64,000 bases of DNA from Dehalococcoidia bacterium (GCA_963665775.2 CAXXTF010000002.1:1280001-1344000); one strand, 5' to 3'; counted from the first letter of the stretch, positions 8,937 through 19,449 are shown. Notes: generated by a model not told the origin, from the letters alone. Numbers and translations: made by a program.

Positions 8937-10466
8937 ATGCCGGAAGGCATTGCTCTCGTTGTCGGGCTTGTCGGCGTCTTCATCGGTGTTACAGGCGGAA
9001 TATTCATTCAGCAACGCATCACCCAGCAGCGCCTCGCCGCCGCTGAGCGAAGCGCCGCTCGCATCCTTAATGAAGCCGACACTCGGCAAAAGGAGATACA
9101 ACTCGAAGCCAAGGAAGAGGCTATCCACATCCGGACCCAGGCGGAATCCGAACTGCGTGAACGTCGCCGCGAGACCCAGCGTCTCGAGCACCGCGTCACC
9201 CAGAAGGAAGAGAGCCTCGATCGTAAACTAGACGGCCTGGATCAGCGCCAGCGCAACCTGTCTGATAAGGAAGAGGAGCTGGACAAGGCAAGGAAGGGCC
9301 TGCTTACGCTTCAAGAGGAGCGCAGGCAGGAGCTAGAGAGGTTATCCAACCTCACCACCTCTGAGGCCAAGGAGGTGCTCCTGGCCCAGGTCGAGCGCGA
9401 GATCCGCGACGAGGCCAACCGCCGCCTGCGCGAGATTGAGCAGGAGGTGAAGGAAGAGGCCGACGAGCGAGCCCGCAAGGTCATCACCGTGGCCATGCAA
9501 CGACTCACCGGCGAGGCCGTGTCCGAGGCCTCGATTTCCGTGGTTCCCCTGCCCTCAGAGGATCTGAAGGGGCGCATCATTGGGCGCGAGGGCCGCAACA
9601 TCCGCGCCCTGGAGCACAACACGGGAGTAGACGTCATCATCGACGATACCCCGGACGCCGTAACCCTCTCCGGTTTCGACCCCGTGCGCCGCGAGGTGGC
9701 CCGGATAGCCCTGACCAAGCTCATCGCCGACGGCCGCATCCATCCGGCCCGCATCGAGGAGATGGTGGAGAAGTCCCGAAAGGAAGTGGAGACGTCCATC
9801 AAGGAGGCCGGCGAAGAGGCCGCTCTGGAAGCCAGCTCCCCTGGGCTCCACCCGGAGATCATCCGGACGCTGGGTCGCCTAAAGTATCGCTACAGCTACG
9901 GCCAAAATCAACTAAGACACGCCGTGGAGACATCCAGCCTGGCCGCCATGATCGCCCACGAGATGGGCGCTAACGTGGACACCGCACGGCGCGGCGGCCT
10001 TCTGCATGACCTGGGGAAAGCCATTGACCACAATGTGGAGGGGACCCACGCCCTGCTCGGCGCCGAGCTGGGCCGCCGCCACGGTCTCCACGCCGGCGTG
10101 ATTCACTGTATTGAAGCCCACCACGAGGAAGTGGAGCCCACCTCCGTCGAGGCGATCATCACAATCGTCGCGGACGCCATCAGCGGCAGCCGTCCCGGCG
10201 CCCGCCGCGAATCGACGGAGAACTACCTTAAGCGGCTGGAAGCCCTGGAGGAAGTGGCCAATTGCTTCCCGGGTGTGGATAAGTCCTTCGCCATCCAGGC
10301 CGGTCGCGAGATTCGTATCATCGTCAAGCCGGAGGAGATCGACGACTTGGGAGCCGCCCGGATGGCCAAAGAGATCAGCAAACGGATCCAGGAGAGCCTG
10401 GACTACCCGGGCCAGATCAAGATCACCGTCATTCGCGAGCGCCGCTCGGTGGAGTACGCCAAGTAG
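8937..10466 (+). CDS. rny: Ribonuclease Y
   Basis: N-terminal TM, coiled coil, KH domain (KGRIIGREGRNIR), HD domain (LLHDLGKA), AIQAGREIR. Confidence 0.98.
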   Translation: MPEGIALVVGLVGVFIGVTGGIFIQQRITQQRLAAAERSAARILNEADTRQKEIQLEAKEEAIHIRTQAESELRERRRETQRLEHRVTQKEESLDRKLDGLDQRQRNLSDKEEELDKARKGLLTLQEERRQELERLSNLTTSEAKEVLLAQVEREIRDEANRRLREIEQEVKEEADERARKVITVAMQRLTGEAVSEASISVVPLPSEDLKGRIIGREGRNIRALEHNTGVDVIIDDTPDAVTLSGFDPVRREVARIALTKLIADGRIHPARIEEMVEKSRKEVETSIKEAGEEAALEASSPGLHPEIIRTLGRLKYRYSYGQNQLRHAVETSSLAAMIAHEMGANVDTARRGGLLHDLGKAIDHNVEGTHALLGAELGRRHGLHAGVIHCIEAHHEEVEPTSVEAIITIVADAISGSRPGARRESTENYLKRLEALEEVANCFPGVDKSFAIQAGREIRIIVKPEEIDDLGAARMAKEISKRIQESLDYPGQIKITVIRERRSVEYAK

Positions 10467-10605
10467 GTCGGAAGGCGAGAATGTACCCTAGCGTCATATC
10501 CGCCTGCCGGCTCGGAGAAAGCACGTCCAACCACAACCGACCAGCCCGGCCAGTCGTACTGGGGCGAGGTCGGGACGAGAGGATAGAGCGTAGTTCGAGA
10601 GTGGG

Positions 10606-11382
10606 ATGCCTATGAACATCCTGATGATCGGCGACATAGTAGGCAAGCTGGGCCGCCGCACGGTGGCCAACGTCCTGCCGGAGATTCGCCGATCCCACAG
10701 CGTGGACCTGGTTATCGCCAACGGCGAGAACGCCGCCGGCGGCCATGGTCTTACACCCGATACAACCGAGGATCTGTACCAAGCAGGTATCGACGTCATC
10801 ACCTCCGGCAACCACATCTGGTCCTACCCGGAGATATACCCCCTACTGGAGAGCGCGGGCCCCATACTGCGGCCGTTGAACTACCCTGACGGCTCCCCCG
10901 GCAGCGGCGTGCACTGCCATGACGGTATCGCCGTCATCAACTTGATGGGCCGAACCTTTATGACCGATCAAGTGGACTGCCCCTTCCGTGCCGCCGATGA
11001 GGCGCTGGCTTCCCTCCACGACTGCCGCATCGTCATCGTCGACATGCACGCCGAGGCCACCAGCGAGAAGATCGGCATGGGGTACTACCTGGATGGCCGC
11101 GTTAGCGCCGTCCTTGGCACCCACACTCACATCCCCACGTCAGACACCCGCATCCTGCCCAGGGGGACCGCTTATGTGACAGACGTGGGCATGGTTGGGG
11201 CGCTCCATTCCATCCTCGGCATGGAGATCCAGCCGATAGTTCAGCGCTTCCTCACCCAGCTCCCTACGCGCTTCAATCCGGTGGTTAACGGAGCTGCCGT
11301 CTTCAACGCCACCCTGATGCAGATAGACCCGGACACTGGCCACGCCATCTCTATTGAGAGGCTGGACCGGGACGTAGCTTGA
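10606..11382 (+). CDS. ymdB: YmdB/TIGR00282 metallophosphoesterase
   Basis: IGDIVG, NGENAAGG, TSGNH, DMHAEATSEK, GTHTH; lies downstream of rny. Confidence 0.93.
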   Translation: MPMNILMIGDIVGKLGRRTVANVLPEIRRSHSVDLVIANGENAAGGHGLTPDTTEDLYQAGIDVITSGNHIWSYPEIYPLLESAGPILRPLNYPDGSPGSGVHCHDGIAVINLMGRTFMTDQVDCPFRAADEALASLHDCRIVIVDMHAEATSEKIGMGYYLDGRVSAVLGTHTHIPTSDTRILPRGTAYVTDVGMVGALHSILGMEIQPIVQRFLTQLPTRFNPVVNGAAVFNATLMQIDPDTGHAISIERLDRDVA

Positions 11383-12251
11383 TGGCCAGCAACGCCGACC
11401 TGCACACCCACAGCACGTTCTCTGACGGCCTACTCACCCCCGCTCAGCTCATCGACCTAGCATACCGCAACGGTGTCCGCGTCCTGGCCCTGACCGACCA
11501 CGACATCACCGACGGCCTGCCCCAGGCCTTTCAGGCCGCCTCCCGCTATCCTGACCTCACCCTCATCCCCGGCATCGAGATGAGCACCGATGTTCCGGGC
11601 AGCGAGGTACACATCGTGGGTCTGTTCATCGATTGGGAAGACGCTACCTTTCAGACGGAGCTCAGCCACCTGCGCGAGTCCCGCCTCAACCGGGCCCGCA
11701 AGATGGTGGACAGGCTCACTCAGATGGGCAAGCCCGTGGCCTGGGAGCGGGTTCAGGGGATAGCCGGCGAGGGTACCGTGGGACGGCCTCACATTGCGCG
11801 CGCCCTGGTCGAGGCCGGGCATGTCGCCTCTGTGAACGAGGCCTTCGACCTCTACCTTAGCCGTACCGCTCCGGCCTACGTGGAGCGGGAGCGGCTGAGC
11901 CCCGGTGAGGTGCTGCAGTTCATGCTCCGGGTGGGCGGCCTCTGTACCCTGGCCCACCCCCGTGAGCTGGAACGAATAGACGATCTCCTGGCTGACCTGA
12001 AAGAAGCTGGCCTCGTCGGTATGGAGGTCTACTACCAGGACTACAAACCGGACGAGATTGAACGGCTGCGCGCCCTGGCCGAAAAGTTCGACCTTCTGCC
12101 CCTGGGTGGAAGCGACTACCACGGCATGGGCGGAGCTAAGCAACGCGAGCCCGGTAATATCCCCCTACCGGTGGAGCCCGTGGAGCGGCTGCTCGCCCTG
12201 GCCGAGGAGCGCGGCACCTTGGAGCGAGCCCAGCTAGCCCAACCGCGGTAG
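11382..12251 (+). CDS. PHP-domain phosphoesterase (YciV/TrpH-like)
   Basis: DLHTHSTFSDG, ALTDHD, GRPHIARAL, LAHP, GGSDYHG; TGATG overlap with ymdB. Confidence 0.92.
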   Translation: MASNADLHTHSTFSDGLLTPAQLIDLAYRNGVRVLALTDHDITDGLPQAFQAASRYPDLTLIPGIEMSTDVPGSEVHIVGLFIDWEDATFQTELSHLRESRLNRARKMVDRLTQMGKPVAWERVQGIAGEGTVGRPHIARALVEAGHVASVNEAFDLYLSRTAPAYVERERLSPGEVLQFMLRVGGLCTLAHPRELERIDDLLADLKEAGLVGMEVYYQDYKPDEIERLRALAEKFDLLPLGGSDYHGMGGAKQREPGNIPLPVEPVERLLALAEERGTLERAQLAQPR

Positions 12252-12271
12252 AGAGATACAAGCCGCAGTCG

Positions 12272-12751
12272 ATGCAGTGCGCGCGCCACCCGAATATCGA
12301 GACCGAGCTGGCCTGCGGCCGCTGCGAGACGGCGATCTGCCCCAAGTGCGTTGTCACGACCGATGTGGGCGCCCGCTGCCCGACCTGCGCCCCGGCTCGC
12401 AAGCTCCCCCAGTTTGAAGTTGGCCCCCTCTGGGTGCTACGGGGCGCTGTCGCGGCTCTCCTGGCAGGCGCTGCCCTGGGTGCCGCGTGGTGGACACTTT
12501 TCGGCGGCCTCCGCTTCTTCACCGTTATCATCGGCCTCTTGGTGGGATACGCTGTAGGCGAGGCGGTGAGCTGGGCCACCAACCGAAAGGCGGGCCCCCC
12601 GCTCCAGATCGTGGCTGCTATTGGGGTAGCGCTAGCCTACGTGACCCGCAACCTGCTGCTGGACGTCCCGGCCGTGCCGGGGGATGACCTGTTCGGTTAC
12701 GTGGCGGTCATCGCGGGGATCATGGCCGCCTCCAAACGCCTGCGCGCCTGA
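12272..12751 (+). CDS. Membrane protein with N-terminal B-box-like zinc finger
   Basis: CARHP..CGRC..ICPKC..CPTC followed by about four TM segments. Confidence 0.8.
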   Translation: MQCARHPNIETELACGRCETAICPKCVVTTDVGARCPTCAPARKLPQFEVGPLWVLRGAVAALLAGAALGAAWWTLFGGLRFFTVIIGLLVGYAVGEAVSWATNRKAGPPLQIVAAIGVALAYVTRNLLLDVPAVPGDDLFGYVAVIAGIMAASKRLRA

Positions 12752-12775
12752 CGGCCGCCGTCCGCCATCGAGCCG

Positions 12776-13048
12776 CTAGCGCAGGAATATCGCTGTCAGG
12801 ATCAGGCTGACGAAGAGGAAGCCGCTCAGAGCGACGACCCGCCATATCTCCCGGCGCACGTAGGAGAAGTCCCGCGTGATATGCCGGCCCTCGTCACGGG
12901 GAACGGGCTGCGCAGCCGGGCTGGACACCGCCGGCGCAGCCACGGCAGCCCCGACTTCCTGGGGCTCTGGCGGCTGAGCCAGCATCTCCGGTGCTGACCG
13001 CTTCTTCGTCTTGCTCCGCCTAACGGGCGGCCGGTATCGTCTGGGCAA
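12776..13048 (-). CDS. Small basic protein with C-terminal TM helix (start uncertain; TTG at 13048 favoured)
   Basis: PRRYRPPVRRSKTKKR...RDFSYVRREIWRV plus TM; TATAAT lies upstream on the minus strand. Confidence 0.6.
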   Translation of the reverse strand: MPRRYRPPVRRSKTKKRSAPEMLAQPPEPQEVGAAVAAPAVSSPAAQPVPRDEGRHITRDFSYVRREIWRVVALSGFLFVSLILTAIFLR

Positions 13049-13203
13049 ATTCGGCCCCGATTCGTATGAGATCTTCGCCTGCATTATACCGAGGCGAACC
13101 TGTCCGAACCAGCGTGAAGTCGCGAGCAGGCGTCCTCGATAGCCGCCGCCGGCCACATCATCTAGAATAGAAGCAGAGTTACCACTAGAAAGGGGCGCAA
13201 GCG

Positions 13204-13503
13204 ATGGTCAGCGAACAGCTGGTTAGAGAAGCCCTCAAGGAAGTATACGACCCGGAACTCCAGTACAACATCGTGGACCTAGGCCTAGTCTACGATGTGG
13301 CGGTGCTCGACGGGAAGGTCCATGTCCTCATGACGCTCACCTCCCCCGGCTGCCCCGTCGCCCCCATGATCATTGAGCAGATTCAGGAGAACGTGGGGAC
13401 GATTCCGGGCACGAAGGACGTGGACGTGGAGATCACCTTCGACCCCCCATGGAGCGTGGAATCGATGAGCGAGGATGCCAGGGATGACCTGGGCCTAGAC
13501 TAA
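13204..13503 (+). CDS. DUF59/SufT-like metal-sulfur cluster assembly factor
   Basis: VYDPELQYNIVDLGLVY, MTLTSPGCP, FDPPWS. Confidence 0.93.
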   Translation: MVSEQLVREALKEVYDPELQYNIVDLGLVYDVAVLDGKVHVLMTLTSPGCPVAPMIIEQIQENVGTIPGTKDVDVEITFDPPWSVESMSEDARDDLGLD

Positions 13504-13546
13504 GGTCGGCCCGGCCCCCACACAGAGACCCACCGTCCGACCCGCG

Positions 13547-15499
13547 CTAGGGGCACCGCTCTGCAGTCAGGGCACTACGGTACCGCCCCAAAGCGGCCAA
13601 CGGCCAGTAGTTGCGGTACAGGTGGTACTTGATATAGAAGTGCCCCGGAAAGCCCGTGGCCGTGAAGTACGGCTCCTCCCACTGACCGTCCTCCTCCTGG
13701 GTCTCCACCAGATAGCCCACCCCTCGCTCGACAGCCGTCTCGACCAGGCCGTCGTCCTGGCTTGGCCCCGCCGTCAGGAGGCCCAGCAGCGCCCATGCCG
13801 TCTGCGAGGCAGTGCTGGGACCGCGCCCAGCCAATCGGGAATCGGTATAGCTGTCGCAGCTCTCTCCCCAGCCGCCATCCTCATTCTGACGCTCCACCAG
13901 CCAGCGCACGGCCCGGCGCACGCAGGTGCTGGACATCTCCTCGCCCGCCGCCTTGAGGGCAGGCAACACGGCTCCCGTGCCGTAGATGTAGTTCACACCC
14001 CAGCGGCCCCACCAGCTGCCGTCCGGGCGCTGCTCGTCTCGTAAATACTGGACGGCCCGCTGCACCTCCGGCGAATCGCCATCGCCCAGCAGCGAAAGGG
14101 CCTCCACTACATGGGCCGTCACATCCTCCGTAGGGTAATCGAGAACCTCGCCGAAATCGCAGAAGGGTATCTTGGTCACCAGCCGCTGCGTGTTGTCCTT
14201 ATCGAACGAGCCCCAGCCGCCGTTCCGGGACTGCATCCCCAGAAGCCAGCGCCGGCCCCGCTCCAAGGCCCGCTCCTTGCGCCGGCCGTCCGGCAGCCCG
14301 GCCCGGGCCAGGCCGATGATCACCTCAGCCGCGTCGTCCGTATCCGGATAGAGATCGTTCTCGAACTCGAAGGCCCAGCCTCCCGGTTCGACGCCCTTGA
14401 CCTTGACCTGCCAATCTCCCCCGGTCAGCACCTGCTCCCGCAGCAGCCAGCGGCCGGCCTGCGCCACAGCCGGGTGGTCCGGCGCCAAGCCAGAATCTAG
14501 GAGGCCGATCATGGCCAGGGCCGTATCCCACACCGGCGAAAGACAGGCCTGCGGGCTGAAGATCTCCTCGTCCTCTACCGCGAAGTCCCCCTGGAGCCCC
14601 TCCAACCCCCGGCGCATCACCGGGCGGTCCAGCGGATAGCCCAGAACCTTCAGGGCGAGCAGGGAGTACACCCAGGGCGGCTGAATGCCTCCCCAGGAAC
14701 CGTCCGCCTCCTGGTGGGCCACGATCCAGTCCTCGGCCGCCTTGTAGGCGGCCCGCCTGAGGGGAAGAAAGGCCATCCGCTCGTAGCGACGCAGGAGGCC
14801 GTCTGCTGTGTGGAAGAACCGCTTCCACGAGAGGACCTCTCTGGGTCGAGACAGGGAGTAGTCAGTGCGGTCCCGCGACACCGGGTACAGCTCGTCGATC
14901 CGGGCCGACTCGGCGATGGGACAGACGGGCCGCTCGGTGAGAAGGACGAGCATCGGCACTATGGTGGGCCGGGCCCAGGAGGCGAAGTCGTAGATGTTCA
15001 GCGGGAACCAATGGGGCAGAAGGATCAACTCCGGGGGCAGGACCGGCACCCCTCGCCAGTCCCATTGGCCGAACAGGGCCAGCCATACCTTGGTGAAGTT
15101 GCGCACCTTGGGGACGCCCCCGGCGGAGAGGACGAACTGGCGGGCCTTACGCATGGCGGGCTCCTGCGCGGAGACGCCGGCCATCTTGAGGGCGAAGTAA
15201 GCCTCTACGGTGGCGTTCAGGTCCGGCGGACCGTCGTGGTAGATGGCCCACGCACCGTCCGGCCGCTGCTGGCGCCGCAGGTAAGTCGCGATTTTGCGCC
15301 AGCGCCGTTCATCGCCCGCTCCCAGGAAGTGCGTCAGCAACAGGTACTCCGCCGCCATGCAGACGTTGGACTCCAGCTCGCCCCACCAGTAGCCATCGGC
15401 GTGCTGAGTCCGCAGGAAATAATCCTGCGAACGCTGAATCGCCTCGTCCACGGCTGCCGCCGGGCGGCCGTCTCTGGTCAGCTCATCCACGTGGTACAT
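13547..15499 (-). CDS. shc: Squalene-hopene cyclase
   Basis: Catalytic DTDD motif (YPDTDDAA), SPVWDT, QW repeats (QEADGSWGG, QRPDGSWWGRWG), GFPGHFYIKYHLY. Confidence 0.97.
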   Translation of the reverse strand: MYHVDELTRDGRPAAAVDEAIQRSQDYFLRTQHADGYWWGELESNVCMAAEYLLLTHFLGAGDERRWRKIATYLRRQQRPDGAWAIYHDGPPDLNATVEAYFALKMAGVSAQEPAMRKARQFVLSAGGVPKVRNFTKVWLALFGQWDWRGVPVLPPELILLPHWFPLNIYDFASWARPTIVPMLVLLTERPVCPIAESARIDELYPVSRDRTDYSLSRPREVLSWKRFFHTADGLLRRYERMAFLPLRRAAYKAAEDWIVAHQEADGSWGGIQPPWVYSLLALKVLGYPLDRPVMRRGLEGLQGDFAVEDEEIFSPQACLSPVWDTALAMIGLLDSGLAPDHPAVAQAGRWLLREQVLTGGDWQVKVKGVEPGGWAFEFENDLYPDTDDAAEVIIGLARAGLPDGRRKERALERGRRWLLGMQSRNGGWGSFDKDNTQRLVTKIPFCDFGEVLDYPTEDVTAHVVEALSLLGDGDSPEVQRAVQYLRDEQRPDGSWWGRWGVNYIYGTGAVLPALKAAGEEMSSTCVRRAVRWLVERQNEDGGWGESCDSYTDSRLAGRGPSTASQTAWALLGLLTAGPSQDDGLVETAVERGVGYLVETQEEDGQWEEPYFTATGFPGHFYIKYHLYRNYWPLAALGRYRSALTAERCP

Positions 15500-15509
15500 T
15501 CGCTGACCC

Positions 15510-16493
15510 TTATTCTTCGGCCCTTTCTCCCCGCTTGAAGATAGTTGTCCCGCCTGGCATCTCTGGCTTCTCTCCCAACTTCATGGCCAACTGTTTTACC
15601 CCCTCTACCAGCGACATCTGAGGAACATAGCCAAGGGAACCGAGTTTGGAAATGTCGGCCACAAGACGATAGGAGTCGCTCGAAATGTGAGTGATCTCGC
15701 TGACAGCCGCCACGCAGCCGGTAACAGAACCGATCACCTCTACAAGCTGACGCATGGGTATCTCATCACCGGACCCGATGTTGAAAACCTCACCCGCTTC
15801 GGCCTTGTCCGCGATTAAGAGTATGCCTTGTATGAGGTCACTGACATGAACGAAGTCTCTCGTTTTCTTGTCCCTGTCGCCGACGACTTGAATCGGTCTG
15901 TGATTTAGATGCCAACGAAGATATCGGGAAACCTCAACTAGCGCTAGTTTCGGGTTCTCTCCAGGACCGTAGACGCAGAACGGCCTCGCTATCACCACTG
16001 GTAAATTGCATGCCTGAAAGAACGAGAGGCAACACAACTCCCCCGCCAGCTTGGACGCTCCATAGGGCACGAAGGGCTTTGTCGGGTGCCCCTCATCCAT
16101 GGGAAATCGGGATGGTGCGCCATAAACCGATGCCGACGAAACGTAGACAACCCGCTTTGCCCCGGCGAGAAGGGCAGCCTCCAGAACATTGAAAGTTCCC
16201 ATAGCGTTCGTCTCGAAATCGAATCGAGGGTCGTTGACGGAAACGGTTCCATTAGCATTGGCCGCGGTATGAAAGATCAATTCAGCGCCCTTAGCCGCCT
16301 CGATAACCTGAGCCTGATCCCGCACATCCACTCGTACTAGTGTGGTGCCCGCGGACAATCCCTCCTTTGACCCAGCGTATAGGTTATCTAATACGACAAC
16401 CTCCCTATGTGAAGATAGGAGGGCGTTGACAAGGTGGCTGCCTATGAAGCCCAAACCGCCCGTCACGAGTATCTTGTCATACTGTTCGAGCAT
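15510..16493 (-). CDS. NAD-dependent epimerase/dehydratase (extended SDR)
   Basis: TGGLGFIG, SSASVYG, YGASK, TRDFVHV; visibly lower GC than its neighbours. Confidence 0.9.
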   Translation of the reverse strand: MLEQYDKILVTGGLGFIGSHLVNALLSSHREVVVLDNLYAGSKEGLSAGTTLVRVDVRDQAQVIEAAKGAELIFHTAANANGTVSVNDPRFDFETNAMGTFNVLEAALLAGAKRVVYVSSASVYGAPSRFPMDEGHPTKPFVPYGASKLAGELCCLSFFQACNLPVVIARPFCVYGPGENPKLALVEVSRYLRWHLNHRPIQVVGDRDKKTRDFVHVSDLIQGILLIADKAEAGEVFNIGSGDEIPMRQLVEVIGSVTGCVAAVSEITHISSDSYRLVADISKLGSLGYVPQMSLVEGVKQLAMKLGEKPEMPGGTTIFKRGERAEE

Positions 16494-16532
16494 CGCTCCC
16501 TCTCGACCTCAGTTCCCCTCAACCCCTCGCCC

Positions 16533-17309
16533 TCAGGCAGGCTTACCCACCGGCGATCTCTCGAACGCAGCCACGAACGCCTCCAGGAACCCGGTCAGGT
16601 TAGCGACCGCTTTCATCTCGGCCCTGGCCGTCCTCACCAAGAGCGGGATACGCCCCGGATGCCGCAGTACATACGGGAGCGCCCGGTGCGTCCGCTGCTC
16701 TCCCGCCGGCGCCATGACCCCGGGGATGATCGGGAAGGTATCCTGGGCCCCGTCGGAGACGGCGCGCACGGCCAGGAAGGGCAGGCCCTGCTCCTTGGCC
16801 GCTTGGCCCACCCAATAGCTCTCCATCTCCACCACGTCCAATCCAGTGGCCTGTCTCAAGGCGGCCTTCTGGCGCGGCCCGGGAACTACCTCGCTGCTGG
16901 TCAGGGAGCACCCGGACCAGCTGCACAGGCCAACGCTCTCGGCGGCCCGCCTCGCGGTTTCCAGCAGCGACACATCGGAGAGAACGGCCTCAGGAGCCCT
17001 GCCGTCCTCTCTCTCCGAATCGGCCTTATGCACCGTCTCGGCGAAAACGAGGTCTCCCACGACGTACTCCGGCGACAGCGCCCCCGCCAGCCCTACCGAG
17101 AGAACGGCGTCGGGCCGGTAATGGCCCAGCACCGCGTCGGCGGCCTCGCCCGCGCGCCGGCCCATGCCCGTACGGCAGACCAGGAGCCGTTGGCCGTCAT
17201 ACTCACCCACCGTCAGCGCGTAGCCGCCCAGCGGAGCGCGGTCTCGGACATCCAGACGGCGGAGGAAAGGCCGAACCTCTAGCTCCAACGCCGCGAAGAG
17301 GGCGATCAT
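16533..17309 (-). CDS. hpnG: Hopanoid-associated nucleoside phosphorylase/nucleosidase (HpnG-like)
   Basis: PNP/MTAN fold motifs (TGMG, GLAGAL, VEMES, VRAVSD); overlaps hpnH. Confidence 0.8.
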   Translation of the reverse strand: MIALFAALELEVRPFLRRLDVRDRAPLGGYALTVGEYDGQRLLVCRTGMGRRAGEAADAVLGHYRPDAVLSVGLAGALSPEYVVGDLVFAETVHKADSEREDGRAPEAVLSDVSLLETARRAAESVGLCSWSGCSLTSSEVVPGPRQKAALRQATGLDVVEMESYWVGQAAKEQGLPFLAVRAVSDGAQDTFPIIPGVMAPAGEQRTHRALPYVLRHPGRIPLLVRTARAEMKAVANLTGFLEAFVAAFERSPVGKPA

Positions 17310-18394
17310 TTGGCCGCGGCCTGTTCCTCCTTGGCGGGGGTCTCCTGCGGCTCAGCTCCCCGGCCGTTGCCACTTCGCCCGGCACCGGGAAAGATGGAGC
17401 GGCGGGCTAGCTCCAGGAAGGCGGTCGGCTTCTCCATAGCCTCCGCGATGGCCGACCCCTCGTAGCCGCAATGCATCATGCAGCTGTCGCAGCGAGGGTC
17501 TCGGCCGAACCCATAGGCGCCCCAGTCGGTGGTCTCCATCAGCTCAGTGTAGGTGGCCGCGTGCTCATCGGCGATGAGGTAGCAGGGTTTACGCCAGCCG
17601 GCTGGAGTGTAGGTGGGCGTCGTCCACTGGCTGCACTCGTATTCGCGCTTTCCCATCAGGAAGTCCAGGTAGAGAGGGTTATTGTAGAAGCGGATACCGG
17701 CCTTGCACCCCTCGAAGATACGACGGAAGAAGGCCCGGGCCTCATCCCTCTCCATGAAGATATCGTGGTGGGCCACCTCCTTATACTGGAAGCCGGGCAC
17801 CACCATCATCCCTTCCACCCCCATATCGTTTAGCATCGAGAACAGCTTGTGATACTCCTCCGGCTGATTGCCGCTGAACAGGGTCGTATTGGTGCAGACC
17901 CGATAGCCCGCCTGGCGGAGTTCCCGAATCGCCTTCACGGCCACGTCGTAAACGCCCTTGCGCTCCACGGCGATATCGTGCGTCTCCCGCAGCCCGTCCA
18001 GATGGACAACGAAGGCGAAGTAGGGCGATGGCTTGATGTCCTTAATCGCCTTCTTGTACAGGAGGGCGTTGGTGCAAAGGTAGACGAACCGCTTCTGCTT
18101 CACTACGCCCGCGACGATCTCCCCGATCTTGGGATGCATGAGCGGCTCACCCCCGGCGATAGAGACCACGGGTGAGTCGCACTCCTCGACCGCCCGCATG
18201 CACTCCTCCACGCTCAGGTGGTGGCTCAAAATGGACTCGTACTCCCGGATGCGGCCGCAGCCGGTGCAGGTCAGATTACAGTCCTCCAGAGGCTCCAGGA
18301 TCATCGTAAGGGGGAACCGCTTTCGCCCCTTGACCTTCTGTTTGAACAGATACCAACCCAATTTCAGCGATAGTGCCATCGGTCGACCAGCCAC
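17306..18394 (-). CDS. hpnH: Adenosylhopane synthase, radical SAM protein
   Basis: KRFPLTMILEPLEDCNLTCTGCGRI, SIAGGEPL, YLCTNALL, PCYL, DPRCDSCMMHCGYE. Confidence 0.92.
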   Translation of the reverse strand: MAGRPMALSLKLGWYLFKQKVKGRKRFPLTMILEPLEDCNLTCTGCGRIREYESILSHHLSVEECMRAVEECDSPVVSIAGGEPLMHPKIGEIVAGVVKQKRFVYLCTNALLYKKAIKDIKPSPYFAFVVHLDGLRETHDIAVERKGVYDVAVKAIRELRQAGYRVCTNTTLFSGNQPEEYHKLFSMLNDMGVEGMMVVPGFQYKEVAHHDIFMERDEARAFFRRIFEGCKAGIRFYNNPLYLDFLMGKREYECSQWTTPTYTPAGWRKPCYLIADEHAATYTELMETTDWGAYGFGRDPRCDSCMMHCGYEGSAIAEAMEKPTAFLELARRSIFPGAGRSGNGRGAEPQETPAKEEQAAAK

Positions 18395-18418
18395 GCCATT
18401 CCCCTTCCTATGGTGTGA

Positions 18419-19447
18419 TTAGAAATCACGTTCCAAGAGGAAGGCCGCCGTCTCTCTCAACTCCTCGGCAGCCTCAGACCTCAAGTTGAGGCGGTCCAGC
18501 TCCGCCAGCGCCGCCTCCTCGCCACCCTTGGCCAAGTGTTGGCAGTAGGCACTGGCCTCCAAGGCGTCCAGGCAGCTCAACACCATGGACACGTCCTCAT
18601 CGCCAACCTCCTGCCTGCTGTAGATCCGCCGCAGATCGTCCAGCACAGCGCCCTCCGCACGCGACAGGGCGTACACCACCGGCAACGACTTCTTCCGGCG
18701 GCGGATGTCCGCTGCCATTGGCTTACCGGTCTGGTTCTCGGCACCCCAGACGCCCAGCATATCGTCCCGAATCTGAAAGGCCACCCCCAGCAGCCGACCG
18801 CAGCGGCCGAGGGCCTCCGCCTGCGAGCGATCCGCACCGCCCACGAGCGCCCCCAGGCGCAGCGAGCAATCAAACAGGGCGCCTGTCTTCTTCCCGATCA
18901 TCTCCAGATACGAAGCCAGATCCACGTCCAGCCGCGGCTCGAAGCTCAGGTCCATCACCTGGCCCTCCACCATCTCCAGCGTCCGCTCGTTCAGGATACG
19001 AGCCGCCTCCACCACCGACGCCGGTGGCAGTCCCTCCTGGGCCAGCCCCAGGACCGCTATCTGAGCCAGCGAGAGCAAGGCATCCCCAGCGTTGATCGCC
19101 TGACCTTCGCCCCAGAGGGCCCAGACGGTGGGCTGATGCCGCCGCTCCCGGTCCCCGTCCTGGATATCATCATGAACCAGGGAGAAGTTGTGCACCAGCT
19201 CCAGGGCAGCCGCGGCCGGAAGCGCCCGCCGCCAATCACCGGCCACCGCCTCACAAGCGAGCAAGCAGAGGGTAGACCGTAGCGCTTTCCCCCCGGCTGA
19301 CTCCGTGGGCTGCCCTTCCACGTCCTCCCAGCCCAGGTGGTAGCGGGCCATTCGGTACAGGACAGGGGCCCCCTCGCGAGCTAGAAACGCGCGCAGGGTC
19401 CTGTCCACCTCTCGCCTGTAGCGATCCAGAGCGGCGGGCGGCTCCAA
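18419..19447 (-). CDS. Polyprenyl (FPP/GGPP) synthase
   Basis: GGKALR, HNFSLVHDDIQD..RR, GQ..D, KTG, FQIRDDMLG. Confidence 0.93.
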   Translation of the reverse strand: MEPPAALDRYRREVDRTLRAFLAREGAPVLYRMARYHLGWEDVEGQPTESAGGKALRSTLCLLACEAVAGDWRRALPAAAALELVHNFSLVHDDIQDGDRERRHQPTVWALWGEGQAINAGDALLSLAQIAVLGLAQEGLPPASVVEAARILNERTLEMVEGQVMDLSFEPRLDVDLASYLEMIGKKTGALFDCSLRLGALVGGADRSQAEALGRCGRLLGVAFQIRDDMLGVWGAENQTGKPMAADIRRRKKSLPVVYALSRAEGAVLDDLRRIYSRQEVGDEDVSMVLSCLDALEASAYCQHLAKGGEEAALAELDRLNLRSEAAEELRETAAFLLERDF

Positions 19448-19449
19448 GG

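Noticed and set aside
15510-16493. Calling the epimerase hpnA
   Set aside because: Its motifs fit UDP-sugar epimerase-type SDRs better than the dihydroflavonol-reductase-like HpnA; left unnamed.
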